From: an uncultured Eubacteriales bacterium
GTDB lineage: Bacteria; Bacillota; Clostridia; TANB77; UBA1234
Assembly (NCBI GenBank): GCA_964394075.1
Contig: CAYMVI010000004.1
Coordinates: 28,563-92,562 of the forward strand
Length of the DNA: 64,000 nt
Direction: 5' to 3'
Numbering within the stretch: position 1 is the stretch's first letter; each line of letters starts with the position of its first letter. Below are positions 28,865 through 39,300 of the stretch, piece after piece. The position numbers and the translations under genes were made by a program. The notes beneath the pieces are model-generated. The model was not told the DNA's origin and made no database searches. It saw nothing but the letters and a program-made list of their open reading frames with translations.

Positions 28865-31417
28865 GTGTACTTATTCGGAAAAATCACGGTAAAACCACAA
28901 TTACCAGAAAGAATTTCAGAGCTTTCAACTATCGCAAATAATTTGTGGTGGTCTTGGAACACTTATGCTCTTCAATTATATGATTATATTGATTCAAATT
29001 TATTTACGAAAGTTGGAAAAAATCCAATAAGATTTCTTTCGCAAATAAATCAAAAAAGACTTTTAGAAGTTGCTAATGATCAAGAATTTTTAAAAGAGTA
29101 TGACATGATTGCAGACAATTTTAAAAATTATATGGAATCTAAATCAACTTATTTCAACGAACATTTTCCAAATAATAAAAATGATATAATTGCATATTTT
29201 TCTGCAGAGTATGGATTAGATGAAACATTACCAATTTACGCTGGTGGTCTTGGTATTTTATCAGGTGACCATTGTAAATCTGCAAGTGATTTAGGTATAC
29301 CTTTTGTTCCAATAGGATTACTTTATAAACAAGGTTACTTCAATCAATTCATAAACAAAGATGGTAGTGAACTTTTTGATTACACACAAAGTGTAATGGA
29401 AGACCTACCTATCTCTCCTGTTCTTGATGAAAACGGAAATGAACTTGTTATATCAGTTAATTTCCCAGGCAGAGTAGTTTATCTAAAAGTTTGGAACATT
29501 CATGTTGGTAGAGTTAATTTATACTTACTTGATACAGATATAGATTTAAACTCAGCACTTGATAGACAACTTACATTAAAACTATATGGCGGAAATCAAG
29601 AAATGAGAATTGCGCAAGAAGTTATTCTTGATGTTGGTGGAATGAAATTATTAGAAACATTAAACATTCGTCCAACAATTTATCACATGAACGAAGGACA
29701 TTCTTCTTTTGTAGCAATCGAAGTAATCAAAAAATTCATGCAAGAGAAAAACGTTTCTTTTGAAGTTGCTAAAAAATTAACTTCAAACTGTACTGTATTT
29801 ACAACTCATACACCAGTACCAGCAGGAAACGATATTTTCCCAATGGATTTAGTTGATAGATATTTTTCAGAATATTACGAAGAATTAGGAATTTCAAAAA
29901 ATGATTTCTTAAATCTTGGTACTAAACATGAAAATGCATTTAACGAAGGATTCAATATGGCTGTACTTGCTCTTAAAATTGCAGGTGCAAGAAATGGTGT
30001 AAGTAAATTACATGGTGAAGTTTCAAAAGAATTATTCTCAGAACTTTGGCCAGAAACTGCTTCAAACGAAATTCCAATAGATTACGTTACTAACGGTATT
30101 CACACTGGAACATGGCTTGCCCCTACTCTAAAAGATTTGTACAACGCATACATGAAACCATTCTGGCAAGAAAAAATTTACGACAGAGAAATCTGGGACG
30201 AAATCGATAATATTCCTGACCAAGAATTATGGAATGCACACATGATTCAAAAGAATAAATTAGCAACTATGCTAAGAAAAAATATTAAGAATCAAAAAAT
30301 TAGACACGGTGCTTCTATCGAAGAAGTTAATGATGTTGAAAAATATTTTGATCCTAACGTTTTAACAATAGGATTCGCAAGACGTTTTGCAACATATAAA
30401 CGTGCCGACTTAATCTTCAGAGATTTAGAACGTATTACAAAAATCTTAAACGACCCAAGCAAACCAGTTCAATTAGTGTTTGCTGGAAAACCTCACCCAG
30501 CTGATGTTCAAGGTCAAGATTTAGTAAAACGTATTTATGAAATTTCTGAAATGCCACAGTTCAAAGGCAAAGTATTTATATTAGAAAATTACAACATGGC
30601 TGTTGCTAGACATCTAGTAAGCGGTGTTGATGTATGGCTAAATAACCCACGCCGTCCATTAGAAGCTAGTGGAACAAGTGGTGAAAAAGCTGGCGTTAAC
30701 GGTGTTATCAACTTCAGTATTTTAGATGGTTGGTGGTACGAAGGTTATGATGGAGAAAATGGTTGGGCAATTGGTGATGATACAGAATATACAAATTACG
30801 AATTGCAAGATGCTGCAGATTCACAAAGTATTTACAACATTTTAGAAAACGAAATCATTCCTCTATATTACTCAAAAGATTCTAAAGAAAAATGGATTAA
30901 GAAGATGAAATCTTCTATCAAATCTGTTGGTGGTATCTACAACACAGCACGTATGCTAGTTGATTATTTAAATAAACTATATATTCCACAAATAAATAGA
31001 ATTAACGATGTTTCAAACAAAATTGAATCAATTCAAAACTATTTAAATTGGGAAAACGACATTAAATCAAAATGGTCAATGGTAAAAGTTATCCCTACTT
31101 CTCCACTTAACGAATTATTTGTTAAAGCCGGAAACAATATCGAAATGAAATGTGGAGTTTCATTAAACGGTATTAACCCTGATAGCGTTACTGTAGAAGT
31201 TTATTGTGGAAAGATAGATGAAAAAGGAAAAATGATAAATAGTTTATATTCAGAAATGCAACTTGCTAAAGACCTTGGCAATTCAAATTATGAATATACA
31301 ACAAATCTTTCAATAGATGATGGTGGAAGCTATGGTTATACATTTAGAGTTTTACCAAAGAATGATTTAATCATTAACAAACACGATTTATCATTATGTA
31401 AGTGGTTAACAAACTAA
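28865..31417 (+). CDS. glgP: Alpha-glucan phosphorylase (GT35, archaeal/Thermotoga-type GlgP/MalP)
   Basis: 850 aa; GGLGILSGDH near N-terminus and GTSGEKAGVNG PLP-Lys region; GTG start with AAAGGAGG RBS. Confidence 0.85.
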   Translation: MYLFGKITVKPQLPERISELSTIANNLWWSWNTYALQLYDYIDSNLFTKVGKNPIRFLSQINQKRLLEVANDQEFLKEYDMIADNFKNYMESKSTYFNEHFPNNKNDIIAYFSAEYGLDETLPIYAGGLGILSGDHCKSASDLGIPFVPIGLLYKQGYFNQFINKDGSELFDYTQSVMEDLPISPVLDENGNELVISVNFPGRVVYLKVWNIHVGRVNLYLLDTDIDLNSALDRQLTLKLYGGNQEMRIAQEVILDVGGMKLLETLNIRPTIYHMNEGHSSFVAIEVIKKFMQEKNVSFEVAKKLTSNCTVFTTHTPVPAGNDIFPMDLVDRYFSEYYEELGISKNDFLNLGTKHENAFNEGFNMAVLALKIAGARNGVSKLHGEVSKELFSELWPETASNEIPIDYVTNGIHTGTWLAPTLKDLYNAYMKPFWQEKIYDREIWDEIDNIPDQELWNAHMIQKNKLATMLRKNIKNQKIRHGASIEEVNDVEKYFDPNVLTIGFARRFATYKRADLIFRDLERITKILNDPSKPVQLVFAGKPHPADVQGQDLVKRIYEISEMPQFKGKVFILENYNMAVARHLVSGVDVWLNNPRRPLEASGTSGEKAGVNGVINFSILDGWWYEGYDGENGWAIGDDTEYTNYELQDAADSQSIYNILENEIIPLYYSKDSKEKWIKKMKSSIKSVGGIYNTARMLVDYLNKLYIPQINRINDVSNKIESIQNYLNWENDIKSKWSMVKVIPTSPLNELFVKAGNNIEMKCGVSLNGINPDSVTVEVYCGKIDEKGKMINSLYSEMQLAKDLGNSNYEYTTNLSIDDGGSYGYTFRVLPKNDLIINKHDLSLCKWLTN

Positions 31418-31438
31418 TGAATTGAAAGGGAGATTTCA

Positions 31439-32878
31439 ATGAGAAAAACAAAAATTGTTTGTACTCTTGGACCCGCAGTTGACGATGTGCAGACTCTTAC
31501 AAGAGTCTGCGCTGCAGGTATGAATGTTGCAAGATTTAATTTTTCTCATGGCGACTACTCAGAACAACAAAAAAGAATTGATCTTTTTAAAAGTATTCGC
31601 GATGAGTTAGATTTACCTATTGCAATGATGCTTGATACAAAAGGTCCTGAAATAAGAATTGGTGCATTTAAAGATAACGAAGTTTATTTGGAAGACAATT
31701 CAATATTTGTTTTATCTAATAGAGAATGTTTAGGCGATAAAGAACATGTGTATGTTAATTACCCTACACTTTATTCTGAAATAGAAACAGGAGCAACTAT
31801 CCTTATCAATGATGGTCTTATCGAATTAAAAGTCTTAGAAATCGAAGGTAAAGATATTAAATGTAAAGTTATCCATGGCGGAAAATTAACAAATAAAAAA
31901 AGTGTTAATATTCCTGGATTATCTTTAAACTTTCCTTTAATTACAGATAAAGATAAAGAAGACATCACATTCGGTGTTCAAAACGGATTTGATATGATTG
32001 CTGTGTCATTTGTTAGAAAAGCGGATGACATCTTAGCAATAAGACATTTACTAGATGAACTTAAAGCTCCTAATGTTTCTATTATCGCAAAGATAGAAAA
32101 TCAAGAAGGTATAGACAATTTTGACTCCATTCTCGACGCTGCAAACGGTATAATGGTTGCACGTGGCGATTTAGGAGTTGAAGTTTCTGCTGAAAAAGTT
32201 CCTTTGCTGCAAAAAGCTTTTATAAAAAAATGCAACCAAAAAGGAAAAATCGTTATCGTTGCAACACAAATGTTGGAGTCGATGTGTAACTCGCCTCGAC
32301 CTACTCGTGCCGAAGTAAATGATGTTGCAAACGCGGTATACGATGGTGCTTCTGCAGTAATGCTTTCTGGCGAAGTTGCTGCTGGTAAATATCCAGTTGA
32401 ATGCGTAGCAATGATGGCTAGAATCGCAAAATCTGTAGAAAACGACATTGATTATTGGAAGAAATTCAAAGCAATTGACACAGATTATCTTATCGGCAAC
32501 AGACCAAACCTTATCGTTGGTCATGCGTTATGCGAATTAGCATTAAGAAAAGATGCAAAAGCAATCTTTTCAGTGTCTTCTGGAGGACATACTCCAGCAG
32601 CAATAGCAAGTTTTAAACCAGACTGTCCGGTATTCGCTATAACGCCAAATGCAGCTACTGCAAGAAAAATGTCTGCTATATGGGGCGTAACTTCAATTTT
32701 AGTCCCGGAATCTGACGACGAAAACGAACTTATTCGTTTAGGAATTGTCGAAGCAAAAGAAGCTGGCTACATTTCCGATGGAGATACCGTTATAATCGGC
32801 GAAAGTGATACATATGCTAAAAATAAACTATTAGGAGTATCACAATCAAAGAAAGTCGGCGGTATTTATATAATCTAA
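31439..32878 (+). CDS. pyk: Pyruvate kinase
   Basis: MRKTKIVCTLGP...MLDTKGPEIR...MVARGDLGVE motifs; 479 aa. Confidence 0.9.
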   Translation: MRKTKIVCTLGPAVDDVQTLTRVCAAGMNVARFNFSHGDYSEQQKRIDLFKSIRDELDLPIAMMLDTKGPEIRIGAFKDNEVYLEDNSIFVLSNRECLGDKEHVYVNYPTLYSEIETGATILINDGLIELKVLEIEGKDIKCKVIHGGKLTNKKSVNIPGLSLNFPLITDKDKEDITFGVQNGFDMIAVSFVRKADDILAIRHLLDELKAPNVSIIAKIENQEGIDNFDSILDAANGIMVARGDLGVEVSAEKVPLLQKAFIKKCNQKGKIVIVATQMLESMCNSPRPTRAEVNDVANAVYDGASAVMLSGEVAAGKYPVECVAMMARIAKSVENDIDYWKKFKAIDTDYLIGNRPNLIVGHALCELALRKDAKAIFSVSSGGHTPAAIASFKPDCPVFAITPNAATARKMSAIWGVTSILVPESDDENELIRLGIVEAKEAGYISDGDTVIIGESDTYAKNKLLGVSQSKKVGGIYII

Positions 32879-32889
32879 CCCCCATCAAT

Positions 32890-32926
32890 AAAGCTCCTCT
32901 TTCGAGGAGCTTTTGTTTGTTTTTTC
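32890..32926 (+). terminator. Intrinsic terminator after pyk
   Basis: AAAGCTCCTC-TTTC-GAGGAGCTTT + T-run. Confidence 0.7.
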
Positions 32927-32996
32927 TAACTTTTTTGTTGACAAAATAATACAATAGTGTTAATATACTAATTGTCGCTTAGACATAGCGACCCAT

Positions 32997-33073
<77 letters not shown>

Positions 33074-33076
33074 TGG

Positions 33077-33110
33077 AACCTCGTAAATCGTTGATTTACG
33101 AGGTTTTTTA
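33077..33110 (+). terminator. Intrinsic terminator after tRNA-Arg
   Basis: AACCTCGTAAATC-GTT-GATTTACGAGGTT + TTTTT. Confidence 0.7.
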
Positions 33111-33124
33111 TTGTTTTGTTGAAT

Positions 33125-33152
33125 TTACATAATACAAAAAGTGTGGTATAAT
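33125..33152 (+). promoter_or_regulatory. sigma-A-type promoter for HD-domain gene (TTACAT-16-TGgTATAAT)
   Basis: -35 TTACAT 33125-33130, extended -10 TGgTATAAT 33144-33152; GGAGG RBS before ATG 33197. Confidence 0.5.
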
Positions 33153-33196
33153 ATTAGTGTTGCAAAAACGCAATTCTGATGACTGGAGGTATAGAT

Positions 33197-34009
33197 ATGA
33201 ACATCAATGTAAGTGCAACACTTTGGCAATTTGCCATCCAGAACACCCCGGAAATTCTGTTTGGCCCACCCGCTAGTAGCGGCATTGGCGCCAAAACCAC
33301 ACACATCCACAACGTCACTCAAATCGGCATGCAGATTCCTCATGATGAGCTAAACGATGGCTTACTCGAGATCTGTCTGCAGCTGCATGACATCGGTCGC
33401 AGCGTCCAGTGGAATATCCAACATTCCTTCAATGACAGGCTCGTTAACCACAGATACATCGCTCTGCAGATGATTGAGCAGTACATCCGTGAAAATAACG
33501 TGACTCTCACTGAGGACTGGAAAATCGTTACCGATGTTATTCAGTATCACGGTGTGGCTCACATGTATCCGCTGGTTGATGCAGCTTCTCTTCCCTATGT
33601 CAAGATCGTTTCTCAGGCAGACGACATTGAAAACGGCTGTCTTGGCGCTCTTGGCTACCTGGAAGACGAAAAAACTCGCGATGACAAAGGTTATATCGCA
33701 GCCGCTCCCTACCAGGATCAAGGATACTGCAAGCCCGAACTGCTTGGCTATCTCGAAAGAGGTGAAAAGTTCAACAAGATGGAGCTCTGCAAAACTTATG
33801 CAGAATACTTTGTCTTCGCTGCTATGCTGGCTGTCAATGCCTGCATTCACCACGGCGATATCGCCAAGAAGGCTATGACCACTCTGTGCTACACCGACAG
33901 CGAGGGACAGTACGATGCAGTCGATGGATACTGCAGAATTTTCCGCAAGCATCTTCACCCTGAGGATGCTGAAAAAGCCTGTGCTATCATGATTAAAATG
34001 TGCAGGTAA
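33197..34009 (+). CDS. HD-domain metal-dependent phosphohydrolase (GC-rich, likely horizontally acquired)
   Basis: H...HD...H...D motif series (HIHN, LQLHDIGR, SQADDIEN); about 50% GC vs ~30% flanks; own promoter and terminator. Confidence 0.7.
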   Translation: MNINVSATLWQFAIQNTPEILFGPPASSGIGAKTTHIHNVTQIGMQIPHDELNDGLLEICLQLHDIGRSVQWNIQHSFNDRLVNHRYIALQMIEQYIRENNVTLTEDWKIVTDVIQYHGVAHMYPLVDAASLPYVKIVSQADDIENGCLGALGYLEDEKTRDDKGYIAAAPYQDQGYCKPELLGYLERGEKFNKMELCKTYAEYFVFAAMLAVNACIHHGDIAKKAMTTLCYTDSEGQYDAVDGYCRIFRKHLHPEDAEKACAIMIKMCR

Positions 34010-34015
34010 GCGTAC

Positions 34016-34050
34016 AACGCAAAAAGAACCGCCCCACAAAGGCGGTTCTT
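34016..34050. terminator. Bidirectional terminator (HD gene / spoIIE)
   Basis: AAGAACCGCC-CCACAAA-GGCGGTTCTT with T-runs on both strands. Confidence 0.7.
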
Positions 34051-34056
34051 TACTTT

Positions 34057-36174
34057 TTATATTACTTTTGCAACTATGACTGTCATATCATCTTTTGCAA
34101 TCCCAAAATTTGAATCAATTGTTTCTTGTAAAATAATATCTGCCAATCTTTGTGGCGTTATATTTTTTACTGTTAATAACAGTTTCTTCATTGTTTCTAT
34201 TTGATTTTCTTGCATTCCATCGATAATACCATCAGAAACCATAACAATTAAATCATCACGTTTTAACAATCTTGTCTTTGTTTCAATTTCAATATCTCCC
34301 AAAATTCCAGCAGGCAATGAGTTTGATTCTACTGTTAAGAATTGGCCATCTCTTGTACTTATAAAAGTTGGACAAGCTCCTATCTTTATAAATTCAGTAA
34401 GACCAACCAACGGATCAAAAATCATCGCATCTATTGTTGCAAAATTGTCTGGATTTTTTCCAACAAGCATATATGAGTTAATCATTTTAATTGCTCTATC
34501 TTCTTCAAAACCAGTATTCAAAAGTTTCTCTAAATTCAAAACAACTTTCTTACTATTTCGTGCAGCAACTTCTCCAGAACCCATACCGTCACTAATTGCA
34601 ACTAATATTTTTCCATCCTTTAATTTTATAACTGTATTGCTATCACCAGAAATTATACTATTTGACTTCTTTGCTTTTGCAATACCTAGTTCCAAAGTAT
34701 GTATTTCATTTGCAGCTGGATCTTCAACGCTTTCTTTATTTAAATTTCCTTTGATATTGTTTTTCATTTTATCAATCTCTTGAGAAACTTCTTTTAATTG
34801 CATTGCCATTTGAATACGTTGTTCTTTTACTTTTGCTTGCCACTCTTTGTTAACTTTGTATATTTCAAAGCACAAATTTAAACCTTCTGCAAACAAAGCT
34901 TTTTGAGTACAAATCGAATCTTTCAAATCTCTTTCTGTAATCACATTATTGCCTTGCAGTTTTTCTATCGCATTAAATGTTTCTTCATACATTTTATGAT
35001 AATTTTCTTTCCAACATTTATCATAATTTTGACAACGCTTACATGTATTTTCATTAAGAGTTTTTATAAAACTTCCTATTTGATCTGTTGGAACATCATC
35101 TCTATTAGCAGAAACATTATCCGCCATATCATTGATTACTTCGCTTACTGCAGACAATTTAAATATAGTATTTTCTTCTATATATCCTGCAACACCTTCG
35201 CCAGGCAAAGCTCTGTTGTAATCAAACAAATCATCTAATATAACTAATAATTTTTTTGGAATTAAGAACAACACAAGTGATGCTAAAACTATCTCTTTAA
35301 TACTGATTAAAACTTCTGTAGATCCATTTGCAAAGAAAACTAAAATAATGTTTCCCAAAACAAACCCAATTACTGCTCCCCACTTTCCAAACTTAGAAAG
35401 CATTCCAGCAAGCAATCCACAAAAAGCATAAGTCGCAACAGTCGCTACATTTCCAAAGCCCATAAGCCCCATAGAAAGTGAAATTATTAAACCACTTGTT
35501 GCTCCAATTGAACTTCCTAATTTCCAACCTAATACCATAACGCTTAGGATACTTATAGTTCCTCTTAACGTAATTCCAGCAATACCCACACTACCAAAAC
35601 TACTTACCAATATCGAAACTATAACACCCATGCATATCAAACTTTCAGTCGAATAAATCTTAGCTTTATCAATGTTGTATAACACAGGAAGTCCTTCACA
35701 AAACATTAAATAAAATATTCCGACCATGATACTGTTATAGACTGCAAATAACGCATCATATAACAACAATCCATTAATCGATAATCCCACAATTTCTGAA
35801 ATCAAAGTGGAGAAAAGTATGATTCCTGTATTAGAAATTTTCGTATTCTCCAGCTTCAAAAACGACTTAATTGCAACGTATAATATTCCAGCGATAAGAA
35901 ACTTAACCAAAGCAATATTTCCAAAAAATACGCCCGTTATTATCGCTATAATTAAGAATGGAATTATCAGCGGAACATTGATTGTATTTATCGCCGCAAA
36001 CATTGCTATTCCAAAAGGAGTCGCTCCAGAAATTAACTTTGAAGAAGCCATAAAGGCACATAAAAAATAAATTAATATGTCCTTTACGCTTCCTAATATT
36101 TTTTTTACATTAATCTTGCTTTTGATGTCATCAAAGTTTTCAAAATTAATTTTATCTTTAAACATTTGAACCAC
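34057..36174 (-). CDS. spoIIE: Stage II sporulation protein E (membrane PP2C phosphatase)
   Basis: ~10 TM segments followed by PP2C domain (VAISDGMGSG...VMVSDGIIDG); 705 aa; GTG start with GAGGTG RBS. Confidence 0.85.
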   Translation of the reverse strand: MVQMFKDKINFENFDDIKSKINVKKILGSVKDILIYFLCAFMASSKLISGATPFGIAMFAAINTINVPLIIPFLIIAIITGVFFGNIALVKFLIAGILYVAIKSFLKLENTKISNTGIILFSTLISEIVGLSINGLLLYDALFAVYNSIMVGIFYLMFCEGLPVLYNIDKAKIYSTESLICMGVIVSILVSSFGSVGIAGITLRGTISILSVMVLGWKLGSSIGATSGLIISLSMGLMGFGNVATVATYAFCGLLAGMLSKFGKWGAVIGFVLGNIILVFFANGSTEVLISIKEIVLASLVLFLIPKKLLVILDDLFDYNRALPGEGVAGYIEENTIFKLSAVSEVINDMADNVSANRDDVPTDQIGSFIKTLNENTCKRCQNYDKCWKENYHKMYEETFNAIEKLQGNNVITERDLKDSICTQKALFAEGLNLCFEIYKVNKEWQAKVKEQRIQMAMQLKEVSQEIDKMKNNIKGNLNKESVEDPAANEIHTLELGIAKAKKSNSIISGDSNTVIKLKDGKILVAISDGMGSGEVAARNSKKVVLNLEKLLNTGFEEDRAIKMINSYMLVGKNPDNFATIDAMIFDPLVGLTEFIKIGACPTFISTRDGQFLTVESNSLPAGILGDIEIETKTRLLKRDDLIVMVSDGIIDGMQENQIETMKKLLLTVKNITPQRLADIILQETIDSNFGIAKDDMTVIVAKVI

Positions 36175-36317
36175 TACTTAAAACACCTCACAACTTTTTC
36201 TATTTGTTATCCATTGGACAACCTCTACAATCTACCTAATTATAAAAAACAATTTAAAAATATATTGTCGTATTGTAGTAAAACTTAAGAAAAAGTTTCT
36301 TACAAAAAACTTTCTTT

Positions 36318-39300
36318 TTATAACTTAATCGATAATAATTTTGAAATTCCTCTCTCTTCCATCGTTACTCCATACATTGTATTAGCAGCTTCCATTGTTC
36401 CTTTTCTGTGAGTAATGATTAAGAATTGAGTTTCTTTACTAAACTTCTTCAAGAAATCTGCATATCTATGAACATTTATATCATCCAACGCAGCTTCAAT
36501 TTCATCAAGCACGCAGAATGGAGATGGATTCAATTTCAAAATTGCAAACAATAATGCAATCGCTGTAAGAGCTCTCTCTCCTCCTGAAAGAAGCATCATA
36601 TTTTGAAGTTTCTTTCCTGGTGGTTGAACTTCAATTTCAATGCCACACTCTAGGATGTTACTTTCATCAGCTAGTTTTAAGTTTGCCTTACCACCACCAA
36701 ACAAATCAGTAAATACTTCTGTGAAGTTTTTATTAATCAATTCGAATTGTTCAGCAAATTGAATCTTCATAAGTCTAGTCATATCATCAATAATTTTATT
36801 TAAAGATTTTTCTGACTCTTCCAAATCCATTCTTTGAGTAGTTAAGAAATCAAATCTTTCTTTAAGCGCTTTAAACTCTTCCACAGCATTTACATTTACA
36901 GTTCCCAAAGCTCTCATTTCAGTCTTTAATTTTTCAACTTCTTTTTGAGTCGTTGGTGTAACCTCTGCATAATTAGATGCTGTATTTGGAGTAGTTTCAT
37001 AGTCTTCCCACATTTTATTTGTAATAGCTTCAATATCTGTTTCTAACTTACTCTTTCTAACTTCTAATTTATTAGCTTGTTCTCTTAATATTTCTAATGT
37101 CTTAAACTCAGATGTAATACCATCTTCAACAGAAACAAGCTCAGCATTTTTAGCTTCTCTAGTTTCTTTTAATTCTGCAACTTTCTTTTCGATTTCACTA
37201 GCATTGTTATCAGAATTATCAATAGTAGTTTGTATACTTGTTATTTGTTCTTTCAACTTATCATTTTCAGCTAACAATTGCTCTCTTTCTGCAGTTTTAT
37301 TTTCAACATTTTGAACGCAATTGTTAATTTCTTGTTCAATCATTGCAACCATTTCATCAATAGACAATGAGCTTTCATCAAATGAAGAAACAGAAATCTT
37401 AAGATCCATAATATCTGAATTTAAATCATCGATAACTTTTTGTTGTTCTTCATTCTTCTTTGCAAATTCATCTACTACAGCTTGTAACTCTTCGTTTTCT
37501 TTTTCAAGATTTTCGATAAGTCCATTAATATCATCTTCATTTTGCTTTTCAGCAACCAAGCCCTCTTCAAGCTTTTCTTTTTCACCTTTTAATAAAGCAA
37601 TCTTCTTTTGATATCTTTCAATGTTGTTATTTATTTCACTCATCTTTTGAGCTTCACGAGCATAATCAACTTCAACCGCTTGAGCTTCTTTCTCAGCAAC
37701 TTCATATTCATTCATTGTTGCTTCAGAATCTTTTTCATATTTTTCAAGATTTGCAATCGCATCTTCTTTTGCTTTTTGCAATTCTTTTAATTTTTTCTCA
37801 AGTTCTTTAATTTCTCTTCCACGACTTAACAAGCTTGTAGTTTTCTTTGCAACACTACCACCAGTCATTTGTCCAGAAGGATTAATTATATCGCCGTCCA
37901 AAGTTACAATCTTAAATGCATATTTATACTTCTTTGAAAGTGCTACTGCATTATCCATGTTGTCTACAACAACAGTTTTACCTAGCAAACTTTGAACTAC
38001 ATTTTCAAACTTAGAATCATATTTAACTAGGTCACTTGCAATTCCTACCACGCCAGCATCACCTTTAAAGTTTTGTGAAACTTTACCTGGCTTAACAGCT
38101 GTTATTGGTAAGAATGATGCACGTCCTAAATTATTGTTTTTCAAAAATTCAATTGCACGTTTTGCATCATCTTCCGACTCTGTAACAACGTTTTGAATCA
38201 TTGCACCTAAAGTCATTTCTATCGCTGTTTCATATTCGGAAGGCACTTGAATAAGATTTGCAACTGCACCATAAATATTTTTTCCAAAGTTTTTATCAGA
38301 TTGACATTTGCTAAGAACTTCTTTTACTGCTCTGTTGTATCCTTCAAATTCATTTTCTGTTTCAACTAAGAATTTATATCTTGATTCTGTTACACGATAA
38401 TCCGAATCAGCTTTCTTAATTTCTTCTTCCAACTCATTTATTTTTTGAATGCATAAATCCCTATTCTTAGAAAGTTTTTCAATATTTTCAGCAAGTTTGT
38501 TTTTCTTAGAAGTAACTTCATTTAATAAAACATTTGCCTCTTCTTTTACCATTCTTTCTTTATCTAATTCGTGAATGTTATCTCTAATTTCTTCATCAAT
38601 TTGATGAGATCTACGAGTACTTGCTTCAACATTCGCAGATATATCTGTAAGAATTTCTAATTTTTCAAACTTCAAATCCATATTAGAAAGAATCTTTGCT
38701 TTCTTTTCTTCAATATGTTTTTGCTCATTAGAAAAGTTTTCAGAAAGTTTTGCAAACTCTGCTTCTTTTTCTTTAAGTTCATCTTCGAATCTTTTCTTAT
38801 CTGCAAACAATCTTTCTTTTCTAAGTCTTCTATCATCTTTTTCTTTTTCTAATTCTGCTTTTCTTGCGTTGCTTTTCTCGATATCTTCAGCATTTAATTC
38901 GTACTTGTTTGTATTATTTTGAATTCTTTCTTCAAGAACGTTTATCTCAGCTTTTTGTTTTTCAATATTATTTTGGAATTCAAATATACTCGCTTGTGCT
39001 TGTTCAATTTCATTAATAATATTTTCAACCGCAATTCTTAACTCTTCTTTTTGTTTTTGGAAAGATTCTAATTTACCATTTTCATCTTCGATTTGAGTAA
39101 GAATTTCATTTGTTTGCTCTTCAACTTCTTCAAGCTTCTTTTTGTTCTTAGAAATATTGTTAATCAAAAGACCAACTTCTAAATATCTTAAACTGTCTCT
39201 AATCTCTAAAAACTTTTTAGCTTTTTCAGCTTGATTTTCTAAAGGTCCTAATTGTCCTTCAATCTCAGTTATAATATCGTTTATTCTAACAAGATTTTGA

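Noticed and set aside
33362-34039. 225-aa ORF on - strand overlapping the HD-domain gene
   Set aside because: Long only because the region is GC-rich (fewer stop codons); the + strand ORF carries HD motifs, RBS, promoter and terminator; the - strand product is non-protein-like
36175-36317. Possible terminator hairpin downstream of smc (AAGAAAAAGTTTCTT...AACTTTCTTTTT)
   Set aside because: Stem complementarity is imperfect on inspection, so not called
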